From positions 733,736-797,735 of the forward strand of contig CAVRGX010000005.1 of the NCBI GenBank assembly GCA_963720815.1: a stretch of DNA of 64,000 nt. Direction: 5' to 3'. The notes beneath the pieces were generated by a model. The model was not told the DNA's origin and ran no database searches. It saw nothing but the letters and a program-made list of their open reading frames with translations. The DNA is from an uncultured Acidobacteriaceae bacterium. GTDB taxonomy: Bacteria; Acidobacteriota; Terriglobia; Terriglobales; Acidobacteriaceae. Shown piece by piece: positions 47,202 to 56,309 of the stretch (positions within the stretch are counted from its first letter, which is position 1; each line of letters opens with the position of its first letter). The translations under genes were made by a program, and so were the position numbers.

Positions 47202-48965
47202 TTAAACGTCCGATGCCGTTTCGATCAGCGGGTTGTGCGACGGCCGCCGAATCATCTCGTGCAGCGCTTTTCCGGGCGCAATCATCGGGTAGACCGTGTC
47301 TTCCTGTTCCACCATGAAGTTGATCAGAAATGGTCCTTTATGTGCGCGCGCAGCAGCCACGGTACTCATCACTTCTGCGCGCGTGGTGACCGCTGCGGCG
47401 CGAATGCCAAAGGCTTCGGCCAGTTTTACAAAGTCTGGCGAAAAGATCGGAGAGCACTCGTAATTCTTCTCGTAGAACGTCTCCTGCCATTGCCGGATCA
47501 TGCCCAGATAACCGTTGTTAATGATCGCGATATTGATATCAAGCCCTTCCTGGACGATGGTCGCCAATTCAGGACAAGTCATCTGAAATCCACCGTCACC
47601 GGCAATGACCCAAACTTCCTTCTCCGGGCACGCGACTTTGGCGCCGATCGCGGCGGGCAGGGCAAAACCCATGGTGCCCAAGCCGCCTGAAGTAATGAGA
47701 GAACGCGGCGCGTCATGCTTGTAATACTGCGCCTCCCACATCTGGTGCTGACCGACATCGGTAGTGATTACGGCGTTCCCCGACGTAGCGCGCCATAGAT
47801 CATTGATCACGTGCGCGGCATACAGGTGGCCGTTGTCAGGCAGATTCTTGATGTCGATGACCGCCGCATCGCCCTTCATGCGATCGATGGCGTGTAGCCA
47901 TGCCGCCCCGTCACGGGGGTTGATGCAGGGCAACAACTGGTCCAGAACAACAGCCAGGTCGCCGATTAATGACACCTGCACAGGTACGTTTTTGTTGATC
48001 TCCGCCGGGTCAATGTCGATATGGATCTTCTTGGCCTTCTGTGCATAGGTCGAGAGCGAACCTGTCACGCGATCGTCAAAGCGCATCCCGCAGGCAATGA
48101 GCAAGTCGGCTTCTTGAATAGAGTTGTTCACCCACGATTCGCCATGCATGCCCATCATGCCCAGGTTCAGCTCATGCGAAGCAGGAAAGCTGCCCAGGCC
48201 AAGCAAGGTGCAGGCAACGGGAATCTGCGCCCGTTCCGCCAGTGCGCGCACCTGGTTCATCGCGCCCGATTGAATGATTCCGTGGCCGGCGAGAATCAGG
48301 GGCCGCTGAGAATTACGGATCAACTCGACCGCTTCGGCCAGACTAGGCTGCGAAACGTTGAGCATGGGGTGACTTCTGTGCTTCTGCGGAGCCGCCGCGG
48401 CAAAATCGAACTCCGCCGTAGCCTGTTGCGCGTCCTTGGTGATGTCAACGAGTACTGGTCCGGGACGGCCACTGCCGGCGACACGGAATGCATCGCGCAA
48501 CACAGGCGCCACGTCTTCGGCACGCGTGACGAGATAGTTGTGTTTGGTTACCGGCAGCGTGATGCCGGTGATATCGACTTCCTGAAAAGCATCCGTGCCC
48601 AGCACTTTGCTGGCAACCTGGCCGGTGATGCAAACCACCGGAATGGAATCGAGCATCGCCGTGGCCATGCCCGTCACCATATTGGTGGCGCCAGGGCCGG
48701 AGGTGGCAATGGCCACGCCCACTCGGCCCGAGGCCCGTGCATAGCCGTCAGCCATATGGACCGCACTCTGCTCGTGCCTCACCAGGATGTGGCGAACAGG
48801 AAACTTGCGCAGCGCGTCGTAAGCCGGCAAAATAGCGCCGCCCGGGTAGCCGAATACCTCGCGTACCCCTTCTCCCTCAAGCGTAGCCCAGATGATCTCT
48901 GCGCCGGTGAGCATCGTCTTCCGATCGGTCATAGACGTGTCTGTAGGTGAGTCCTGCTTCGTCAT
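47202..48965 (-). CDS. ilvB: acetolactate synthase large subunit
   Basis: TPP enzyme: ..GYPGGAILP.., ..GGLGTMGFALPAAIGAK.., ..GDGGFQM... Start chosen at MTKQDSP, 28 nt after the leuD stop; the ORF extends to 49022. Confidence 0.9.
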   Translation of the reverse strand: MTKQDSPTDTSMTDRKTMLTGAEIIWATLEGEGVREVFGYPGGAILPAYDALRKFPVRHILVRHEQSAVHMADGYARASGRVGVAIATSGPGATNMVTGMATAMLDSIPVVCITGQVASKVLGTDAFQEVDITGITLPVTKHNYLVTRAEDVAPVLRDAFRVAGSGRPGPVLVDITKDAQQATAEFDFAAAAPQKHRSHPMLNVSQPSLAEAVELIRNSQRPLILAGHGIIQSGAMNQVRALAERAQIPVACTLLGLGSFPASHELNLGMMGMHGESWVNNSIQEADLLIACGMRFDDRVTGSLSTYAQKAKKIHIDIDPAEINKNVPVQVSLIGDLAVVLDQLLPCINPRDGAAWLHAIDRMKGDAAVIDIKNLPDNGHLYAAHVINDLWRATSGNAVITTDVGQHQMWEAQYYKHDAPRSLITSGGLGTMGFALPAAIGAKVACPEKEVWVIAGDGGFQMTCPELATIVQEGLDINIAIINNGYLGMIRQWQETFYEKNYECSPIFSPDFVKLAEAFGIRAAAVTTRAEVMSTVAAARAHKGPFLINFMVEQEDTVYPMIAPGKALHEMIRRPSHNPLIETASDV

Positions 48966-48993
48966 AAAGCTCCTTGGCCTTGCCGCTTGCACC

Positions 48994-49662
48994 TTATTGC
49001 TTTGAGGCGGCAGCGCCGGCACGTGCCGCCGTATCGAGCGGGCGAGGTGCGTACCAGAGTTGCCGGTCGTGATGCTGTTCGAACTGCTCCAATGCTGCGC
49101 CGTGCTTCAGCGATAGCCCGATATCGTCCAGGCCCTCAAGCAGGCACTCGCGACGGAACGGGTCGATGGAGAAGGGAATCGATAGTCCGTGGTCGTCGTA
49201 CAACCTCTCGTCTTCGAGCGAAACTGTCAGTTGATAGCGAGGAATCGAAGCCAGGCGCTCGGCCAACGTCTGCACCTGTTCTTCGGGCAGGGTGATGAGC
49301 AGCACACCGTTCTTGCCCGCGTTCGAATGAAAAATATCGGCGAACGATGATGCGATCACACAGCGGAAGCCATAGTCGGAAAGTGCCCACGCGGCATGTT
49401 CGCGGGAGGAACCGCAACCGAAGTTCTTTCCTGCAAGCAGAATCTCAGCATCCTTGTAATCAGGATGATTCAGCACAAAGTCCGGATCAGGAGAACCCGC
49501 ATCCGGCCCTTCCTGCATGCGCCGCCAGTCGAAAAACAGGAATGGCCCGTACCCGGTGCGTTCAATGCGTTTCAGAAACTGCTTGGGTATGATCTGGTCC
49601 GTATCGACGTTCTCGCGATCGAGATGGGCGACCACCGCCTTGTGTTTGCGGAAAGGTTTCAC
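48994..49662 (-). CDS. leuD: 3-isopropylmalate dehydratase small subunit
   Basis: ..[13 protein letters not shown]...[13 protein letters not shown]. The GTG start directly abuts the leuC stop. Confidence 0.9.
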   Translation of the reverse strand: MKPFRKHKAVVAHLDRENVDTDQIIPKQFLKRIERTGYGPFLFFDWRRMQEGPDAGSPDPDFVLNHPDYKDAEILLAGKNFGCGSSREHAAWALSDYGFRCVIASSFADIFHSNAGKNGVLLITLPEEQVQTLAERLASIPRYQLTVSLEDERLYDDHGLSIPFSIDPFRRECLLEGLDDIGLSLKHGAALEQFEQHHDRQLWYAPRPLDTAARAGAAASKQ

Positions 49663-51134
49663 GAGAGTACCTCCGCCGGTGCGGCCACTTCGACCGGCCT
49701 GAACTGCCACTTGCGTACATCGGTAAAGTGCCCGGAGACCGCCGCCGCCGCAGCCATCGCAGGACTGACCAGGTGCGTGCGGCCGCCGCGGCCCTGACGG
49801 CCCTCAAAGTTGCGATTACTGGTGGAGGCACAGCGCTCGCCCGGCGCGAGGATGTCCGGGTTCATGCCCAGGCACATGGAGCAGCCTGGCTCACGCCACT
49901 CAAATCCCGCGGCGAGAAATACCTGGTCAAGGCCCTCTTCTTCAGCCTGCTTCTTCACCTGCTGCGAACCAGGGACAACCATCGCGCGCACCTGAGGGTG
50001 AACGTGGTAACCGCTCGCTACCCTGGCCGCTGAGCGCAGATCCTCAATGCGGGAGTTTGTGCAGGAACCGATGAAGACGCGATCGATGGCCAGCTCTTCG
50101 ATGGCCTTGCCTGGCTCAAGCGCCATGTATTCCAGTGCGCGTTCCCATGCACGGCGTTCCGAGGCGGAGTGGCTGGCTGCCGGATCGGGCACGCGATCGG
50201 TCACAGGGACAACCATCCCCGGGTTGGTCCCCCAGGTGACGAAGGGCGCCAGGTCTTCAGCGTGCAAAGTCAGTTCACGATCAAACGTCGCTCCAGGATC
50301 GGTAGCCAGAGACTGCCAGGCGGCAACGGCGCGATCCCATTCCGCACCCGTGGGGCTGAATCGTCGTCCCTTGAGGTATTTGTAGGTCGTCTCGTCAGGA
50401 GCAATCATGCCGGCTCGCGCACCCGACTCAATGCTCATGTTGCAAAGGCTCATACGGCCTTCCATCGAGAGGGCGCGAATTGCCGACCCGGCATATTCGA
50501 TGACGCAACCGCTGGCGCCGTCGGTTCCGATGTGGCCGATGATGCCCAGAGCAATGTCTTTAGCCGTAACGGCCGGCCCCAACTTACCATCCACCGTAAT
50601 GCGGAAGGTCTTAGGGAGAGACTGCGGCAGGCATTGGGTGGCCAGTACATGCTCCACTTCAGAAGTACCGATGCCGAATGCGAGCGCACCGAAGGCGCCA
50701 TGGGTGCTGGTGTGGCTGTCGCCGCAAACGATCGTCATGCCGGGCTTGGTCAGCCCGAGTTCCGGGCCAATCACGTGGACAATTCCCTGTTCCGGTGACT
50801 GCACATCATAGAGCGGGATACCAAACTCAGCGCAATTGGCGCGCAGCGTATCCATCTGTTTGGCCGCGATGGCGTCCTCAATAATGAGCCGGTTGGTCGT
50901 CGTGGGCACATTATGATCAACGGTGGCCACCGCACGATCGGGCCGCCGTACGGTGCGCCCGGCGAGGCGAAGCCCTTCAAACGCCTGCGGGGATGTCACC
51001 TCATGCAACAGATGCAGGTCGATATAGAGAAGCGCCGGCTCCCCTTGCGGGGCCGCAACCAGATGCGACTGCCAGACTTTCTCAAATAACGTTTTTGGAC
51101 CTTGTTTCGGACCTTGTTTTGGATCCTGTGCCAT
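49659..51134 (-). CDS. leuC: 3-isopropylmalate dehydratase large subunit
   Basis: Aconitase family: ..[12 protein letters not shown].., ..[11 protein letters not shown].., ..CSMCLGMN.. Confidence 0.95.
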   Translation of the reverse strand: MAQDPKQGPKQGPKTLFEKVWQSHLVAAPQGEPALLYIDLHLLHEVTSPQAFEGLRLAGRTVRRPDRAVATVDHNVPTTTNRLIIEDAIAAKQMDTLRANCAEFGIPLYDVQSPEQGIVHVIGPELGLTKPGMTIVCGDSHTSTHGAFGALAFGIGTSEVEHVLATQCLPQSLPKTFRITVDGKLGPAVTAKDIALGIIGHIGTDGASGCVIEYAGSAIRALSMEGRMSLCNMSIESGARAGMIAPDETTYKYLKGRRFSPTGAEWDRAVAAWQSLATDPGATFDRELTLHAEDLAPFVTWGTNPGMVVPVTDRVPDPAASHSASERRAWERALEYMALEPGKAIEELAIDRVFIGSCTNSRIEDLRSAARVASGYHVHPQVRAMVVPGSQQVKKQAEEEGLDQVFLAAGFEWREPGCSMCLGMNPDILAPGERCASTSNRNFEGRQGRGGRTHLVSPAMAAAAAVSGHFTDVRKWQFRPVEVAAPAEVLS

Positions 51135-51190
51135 AGTTAATTTCCTTTAGAGCCAACAACCCCTGGGTAATCCACCTCGCGAACGAGGTA

Positions 51191-52297
51191 CTAGACTGCG
51201 TGCAAAGCCTGCCGCTTATCGATGATCTCGTTGAGCGTCTGGTGAACCAGGCTGCCCATCTCCTGTGTCGTGACGCGCTTTCCTGGCTGCCCTTCGCGCA
51301 CCAAATCCGCTGTCCGGTAACCCTGCTCCAGAACCTTGCCCACGGCTAACTCCACCGCAGAGGCATCCTGTTCCAGCTTGGCGGAGTGGCGCAGCAACAT
51401 CGCTGCGGTAAGAATTGCGCCCAACGGGTTAGCAATCCCTTTTCCGGCGATATCGGGAGCCGACCCATGTACCGGCTCATAGAGATTGACGGCGCCGCCC
51501 AGGCTGGCCGAAGGCAGCATCCCGAGCGACCCGGTAATCACCGCGGCCTCATCGCTGAGAATGTCGCCGAACAGATTCTCGGTCAGCACTACGTCGAAGT
51601 TGCGCGGCGTATTCATCAGGTGCATGGCACAGGCATCTACATATTGATGATCGAGCGCCACTGCCGGATACTGTTTGGCCACTTCAGTCACCGTGGCCCG
51701 CCACAACTGAGACACCTCGAGCACATTGGCCTTATCGACCGAGGTAACCTTCTTGCGCCGCTGACCGGCTAATTGGAAGGCCACATGAGCTACCCGGATC
51801 ACTTCATCCCGGGTATAACGCATGGTGTTCCACGCCGAGCCGCTTTCCCGGTCCCAGGCGCGTGGTTCTCCAAAGTACAGGCCACCCAGCAATTCGCGGA
51901 CGAACAAAATATCTGCTCTCTCGGTCACTTCCGGGCGCAGAGGCGAATTTGCAGAAAGCGCAGGGTAAGCAATCGACGGACGCAAGTTGGCAAACCCGCC
52001 CAGCGCCTGGCGAAGCTGCAATAACCCGGCCTCGGGCCGGCGATCCGGAGGGAGCGCATTGAACTCATTGCCGCCCACGGCGCCCAACAATACGGCATCG
52101 CTTTCCTGCGCCGCTTCCAGAGTGGCCCGCGGTAACGGCGACCCGGCCTGGCGAATTGCGTGGCCGCCGATGAGCGCATCGGTGAACTGAAAATCGTAGC
52201 CGCCAAACTCCGCCACCGAACGCAGAACGCGCACCGCCTCGCTTGTAACTTCGGGGCCTATGCCATCACCGGCGCCAACCAACACTTTCAACTTCAT
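51191..52297 (-). CDS. leuB: 3-isopropylmalate dehydrogenase
   Basis: [17 protein letters not shown]...[25 protein letters not shown]...[15 protein letters not shown]. Confidence 0.95.
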   Translation of the reverse strand: MKLKVLVGAGDGIGPEVTSEAVRVLRSVAEFGGYDFQFTDALIGGHAIRQAGSPLPRATLEAAQESDAVLLGAVGGNEFNALPPDRRPEAGLLQLRQALGGFANLRPSIAYPALSANSPLRPEVTERADILFVRELLGGLYFGEPRAWDRESGSAWNTMRYTRDEVIRVAHVAFQLAGQRRKKVTSVDKANVLEVSQLWRATVTEVAKQYPAVALDHQYVDACAMHLMNTPRNFDVVLTENLFGDILSDEAAVITGSLGMLPSASLGGAVNLYEPVHGSAPDIAGKGIANPLGAILTAAMLLRHSAKLEQDASAVELAVGKVLEQGYRTADLVREGQPGKRVTTQEMGSLVHQTLNEIIDKRQALHAV

Positions 52298-52330
52298 CAA
52301 TTGCAACCTCCTTGCGCCAGGCGCAAGCAT

Positions 52331-53581
52331 TTATGCGCGGGGAGCGGAAACGAAGCCTTCGTCCAGCACAGTTTCAGCTACCACTGTTTCTGCCTGGCGC
52401 TGTTGCGCGGGGATCATCGAGATAAGGTCCTGGTCGAAAATGGCCTTTCTGTGATCTGCGAGTTCGTTAAAACGGTGGTAGACGGTATCGAGATCGGCAG
52501 CGTCCAGCGTGTAGCCCAGTTCCTTTAGGCGGTGTGCCAGGGCCCTACGTCCAGAGTGCTTACCCAGAACCATTCGGTTGGTGGGCACACCCACCGAAGC
52601 AGGCGTCATAATCTCGTAGGTCAACGGGTGCGCCAGCATCCCGTGCTGGTGGATACCCGCTTCGTGGGCAAAAGCATTGCTGCCTACCACGGCCTTGTTG
52701 GGCGCGGGAGCAAAACTGATCAGTCCGGACAGAAGTTGACTCGCCGGATAGAGCTGCTCCAGCACCAACCCATGGACCCAGGGGAACTTATCGCGGCGGA
52801 CGAGCATAGCGGCGGCTAACTCTTCCAGGGCAGCATTGCCGGCTCGCTCGCCGATTCCATTGATAGTGCACTCGACCTGCCGTGCGCCGGCCTCCATGGC
52901 CGCCAGACTGTTGGCGACAGCCATGCCCAGATCGTCGTGGCAATGCGAAGAGAGCGTGATGCCGGCAACCTGCGGGACCCGTTCGCGCAGCATGCGGAAC
53001 ATCGCGCCATATTCGCTGGGGATGCAATAGCCAACCGTGTCAGGCAGATTGATCACCGTTGCACCCGCATCGATCGCCACTGCAACCATGCGGCAAAGAA
53101 AATCGGGGTCTGAGCGGGTGGCATCTTCCGGCGAGAACTCCACGTCGTCTACATGGGACCGGGCCAGCCGAACGCAGGCGTCGGTCTGCTCCAGCGCTTT
53201 TTCGCGGCTGATCTTTAACTTGTGCTCCAGGTGAATATCCGAGCTGGCGAGGAATACGTGGATGCGCGAACGGTTCGCGCCTTCCAGCGACCGCGCGGCC
53301 GCCTCAATATCGTCCGTCCGGGCCCGGGCCAGGGAAGCGACGCGCGCACCACGGATCTCACGGCTGATGGTACGGATGGCTTCGAAGTCGCCAGGCGAAG
53401 CAATGGCAAAACCTGCTTCCAGAATATCGACACCCAGCGCCTCGAGTGCGTGGGCCATGCGCAGCTTTTCGGGGATAGTCATGCTGCAGCCGGGGGACTG
53501 TTCCCCATCACGCAAGGTCGTGTCGAAGAAGTGAACACGATCCTGGCCGGTCGATTCTTGCTTGGGAGTAACTGTACTCAT
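52331..53581 (-). CDS. leuA: 2-isopropylmalate synthase / citramalate synthase family enzyme, short form lacking the C-terminal regulatory (LeuA-dimer) domain
   Basis: FFDTTLRDGEQSPG ... HCHDDLGMAVANSLAA ... LGKHSGRRA. The protein is 416 aa and ends 33 nt before leuB. Confidence 0.8.
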   Translation of the reverse strand: MSTVTPKQESTGQDRVHFFDTTLRDGEQSPGCSMTIPEKLRMAHALEALGVDILEAGFAIASPGDFEAIRTISREIRGARVASLARARTDDIEAAARSLEGANRSRIHVFLASSDIHLEHKLKISREKALEQTDACVRLARSHVDDVEFSPEDATRSDPDFLCRMVAVAIDAGATVINLPDTVGYCIPSEYGAMFRMLRERVPQVAGITLSSHCHDDLGMAVANSLAAMEAGARQVECTINGIGERAGNAALEELAAAMLVRRDKFPWVHGLVLEQLYPASQLLSGLISFAPAPNKAVVGSNAFAHEAGIHQHGMLAHPLTYEIMTPASVGVPTNRMVLGKHSGRRALAHRLKELGYTLDAADLDTVYHRFNELADHRKAIFDQDLISMIPAQQRQAETVVAETVLDEGFVSAPRA

Positions 53582-53662
53582 GAATGCGCCCCCCGCATTT
53601 GTCCCTGGCCTTAATCTTCTGTGATCTTGCGGCATAGATCAAATTTATTATTCTTCTATGAA

Positions 53663-53681
53663 TCATAAGTTATGCTTATGA
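53663..53681. promoter_or_regulatory. candidate LysR-type operator in the divergent leuA / LysR-regulator intergenic region
   Basis: Inverted repeat TCATAAG-ttatg-CTTATGA in an AT-rich stretch, 37 nt upstream of the regulator start. Confidence 0.35.
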
Positions 53682-53717
53682 TGTGGCAGTTTGCCAAAAG
53701 CAAGGGTGAATGAACTT

Positions 53718-54641
53718 ATGGATATCCACCAACTCGAAACCTTTCTGGCTGTTGTGGAAGAGAAGGGCTTTTCCCGCGCAGCCAAGCGTCTCCGCCGGAC
53801 CCAGCCGGCGGTGAGCCAGGTGATCCGCAAGCTGGAGGGGGATTTGGGTGAAGTTCTCTTCGAGCGCAGTGCGCGGGATGGAACTTTGACTGCCGCGGGC
53901 GAAGTATTGAGCGACTATGCCCGCAGAATGTTGAAGTTGCGGTTGGAAGCATCGAGCGCCATGGAGGAGCTAAAGACCTTGGGTCGCGGGCGGCTCCTGA
54001 TCGCGGCCAATGAGTTCACCTGTCTCTACCTGCTGCCTTTTCTGGACAGGTTTCGCCGATTGTCTCCGCAGATCAGCGTCAGCATCCAGCGGGCGCTGGC
54101 CAGTAAGATTCCGGAGGACCTGCTCCAGCGGACGGCGGAGATCGGGGTTTTGTCGTTCCTGCCGGAGGGCGATCACTTCAAATCTTTCGTGGTGTATACC
54201 GATGCTTTGGCACTTGTCGTGAACCCCGAGCACCCTCTGGCAAAAGAAAAGGGGATAACGATCAGAGACCTGGGAGCGGAAACTTTTGTCGCCCACAACG
54301 TACCCTCGCCACTGCGCCGGCGAGTGGTTGCTGCCTTCGAAAAGCACAAAACGCCGCTGAATATGAATGTCGAGCTGCCGAGCCTAGAGGCTGTGAAGCG
54401 TTTCGTCGCCATGGGCAACGGAGTGGCTCTGGTTCCCGGCCTGTCGGTTGAGCGCGAATTGACGCACGGGGAACTGGTCAAGGTGCCGGTCGAAGCACTC
54501 AGTTTTGAACGTCACCTCAGACTCCTGCACCGTAAGGACGCGACCCTGTCGCATGCCGCGGTTGCATTTTTGAAGGTAATACGCGCCGTTTCGGTGGAGC
54601 GCGGTTTGCCGTACGAGTTTCGTGTCGAGCGAGCCGGCTAG
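53718..54641 (+). CDS. LysR-family transcriptional regulator
   Basis: MDIHQLETFLAVVEEKGFSRAAKRLRRTQPAVSQVIRKLE winged HTH plus a LysR substrate-binding domain. Confidence 0.85.
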   Translation: MDIHQLETFLAVVEEKGFSRAAKRLRRTQPAVSQVIRKLEGDLGEVLFERSARDGTLTAAGEVLSDYARRMLKLRLEASSAMEELKTLGRGRLLIAANEFTCLYLLPFLDRFRRLSPQISVSIQRALASKIPEDLLQRTAEIGVLSFLPEGDHFKSFVVYTDALALVVNPEHPLAKEKGITIRDLGAETFVAHNVPSPLRRRVVAAFEKHKTPLNMNVELPSLEAVKRFVAMGNGVALVPGLSVERELTHGELVKVPVEALSFERHLRLLHRKDATLSHAAVAFLKVIRAVSVERGLPYEFRVERAG

Positions 54642-54890
54642 CGCGCTTGCAAAGCTCCGCGCCCTCAAGGCGGGTTCGCATGCCTGTCGCTTTCACACCT
54701 CTCGCAAGCCGCGGCAGATGACGCAGGGGAAGTGAAAAAGATAGCCGCAGTCGCCGTAGTCGCCTCGATTGCTGCGCGCAGGTACAATTGCCAAAGCGGG
54801 TCACTACCATAGACTCCACAAGGAAAATCGACGAGCCCGAGAGGCGGGAAAGCCTGCTCGCGGGAGCGCAGGCGAGAGGTTCAGGAACGA

Positions 54891-55487
54891 ATGAAGAAAA
54901 CGCTGTTGTTATTTCTGCTTCTGCCCTTTATGGCAGTAGCGAGTCATGCCCAGGAAAGTCGTCAGGATATCAGCGTGAGCGTGACCGGCCTTTTCCCGCC
55001 ATTCATCTCCGACAATGCGGTGCAGCAGACCGGAACCTATGGACTCGGTGGACTTGTGAGCTATCGTTTCATGCTCACGCCGAGGAGCGGACTCGAAGTC
55101 AACTATCAATACGCTCAGAATTCGCAGAAGTACCACACCAGCTTCAACGATATTCGCGTGCACGACCGGTTGCAGGAGTTTTCCGCAGCCTACGTGTTGA
55201 ACCAGACATTCAAGAACTGGAATCCGTTTCTTGAAGCTGGTCCAGCGGCTTTCATCTTTACTCCACTCGATGACGCCAGCACCACGGTGCTCGACTCGAA
55301 GGGACAGACCATTCTCGGAGGCGTGTATGGCGTCGGCGTCGCGTACGAGCTAAGTCCCAGCTTCGACATCCGCGCAGAGTATCGCGGCCAGCTTTTGAAG
55401 ACGCCGGACTTTGGGCTCGAGTCAGAGAAAGTCAACCGGTTTTACAATGTTTCCAATCCGGTCATCGGTATCGCCTACCACTTTTAA
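54891..55487 (+). CDS. outer-membrane beta-barrel protein (OmpA-like/OmpW-like small porin family)
   Basis: Signal peptide MKKTLLLFLLLPFMAVASHA, alternating amphipathic beta strands, and an aromatic C-terminus (..GIAYHF). Confidence 0.6.
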   Translation: MKKTLLLFLLLPFMAVASHAQESRQDISVSVTGLFPPFISDNAVQQTGTYGLGGLVSYRFMLTPRSGLEVNYQYAQNSQKYHTSFNDIRVHDRLQEFSAAYVLNQTFKNWNPFLEAGPAAFIFTPLDDASTTVLDSKGQTILGGVYGVGVAYELSPSFDIRAEYRGQLLKTPDFGLESEKVNRFYNVSNPVIGIAYHF

Positions 55488-55516
55488 GACCCTTTCCTTT
55501 CTCCCTGCGATAACCG

Positions 55517-55552
55517 GCGCGGCTTTCCTCAATGAAAGCCGCGCTTCTGCTT
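55517..55552 (+). terminator. candidate intrinsic terminator of the OMP gene
   Basis: GCGCGGCTTTC-ctcaat-GAAAGCCGCGC followed by TTCTGCTT. Confidence 0.55.
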
Positions 55553-55590
55553 GCGTTTGCCTTAGCATTTTCGCGATTGGTGTAGACCGG

Positions 55591-55714
55591 CCTCGCCGCA
55601 GCGAGCTAAGCAACCGGCCTTTAGGTGTTTTTCTCTCAAAGAAAACTACGCCTCGCCGCTCTCACCAGACCACAGTAATTGCGAAAATGCTTAGCGGATA
55701 AGGCAGGTATTGCG
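55591..55714. repeat. repeat module shared with 21873-21965
   Basis: CCTCGCCGCAGCGAGCT...CCTCGCCGCTCT..CCA.ACCAC.GTAATTGCGAAAA.TG....AGGCAG.GTATTGC is alignable between the two loci. Confidence 0.65.
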
Positions 55715-55894
55715 CGCCAAGAGCTTGATTGCTCTGTGACCGAGCATGACGTAGCGATCGCAAATCTCGAAGGATCAGCACATGTCGCGGACCGCCCCTC
55801 GCCTGCATCTCTCATCACGGTTGCGAACGATAGAGAAACGCAGCTTTGATATCGCCTGGCAGGTTCATTGCGCTACCGGCCACCGCACAACACG

Positions 55895-55940
55895 GCCTCG
55901 CCGCAGCGAGCAGCCTCGCCGCAGCGAGCAGCCTCGCCGC
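55895..55940. repeat. 18-bp tandem repeat (GCCTCGCCGCAGCGAGCA, 2.5 copies)
   Basis: Read directly. Each unit is a CTCGC-cgca-GCGAG mini-hairpin. Confidence 0.85.
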
Positions 55941-56309
55941 TTTTCTCCTCCTTGATGGTGAGAAATGCAGGCTAAACATTTCGCCCGGGGGGAAATCAAA
56001 AGATAGTAGCTGGACATCCCCAGGAAGTAAGTGACTTAGGGCTCCAACGGTTACTGCCAGCAGTTACTTTACGGGGATAGAAAACGCTCGAAAACTCTAC
56101 ATAAGACGTAGGTAACCTGTGATTGGCTACTTCGGGATATAGTTCTGCGCTTATCACTTACTGGAAGACTTATCTCAGGGTAGGATGAAGCCAGTCCTTG
56201 CCGCCCACCCCCAGGCGATTGCCTATTCTCTGAATTTTGAAGGCTGCTCTTACCGTTGGGACTCGAACTATCTTCATCACTTTGTTTTCGCAAGGGTGCA
56301 GAGATTCTG

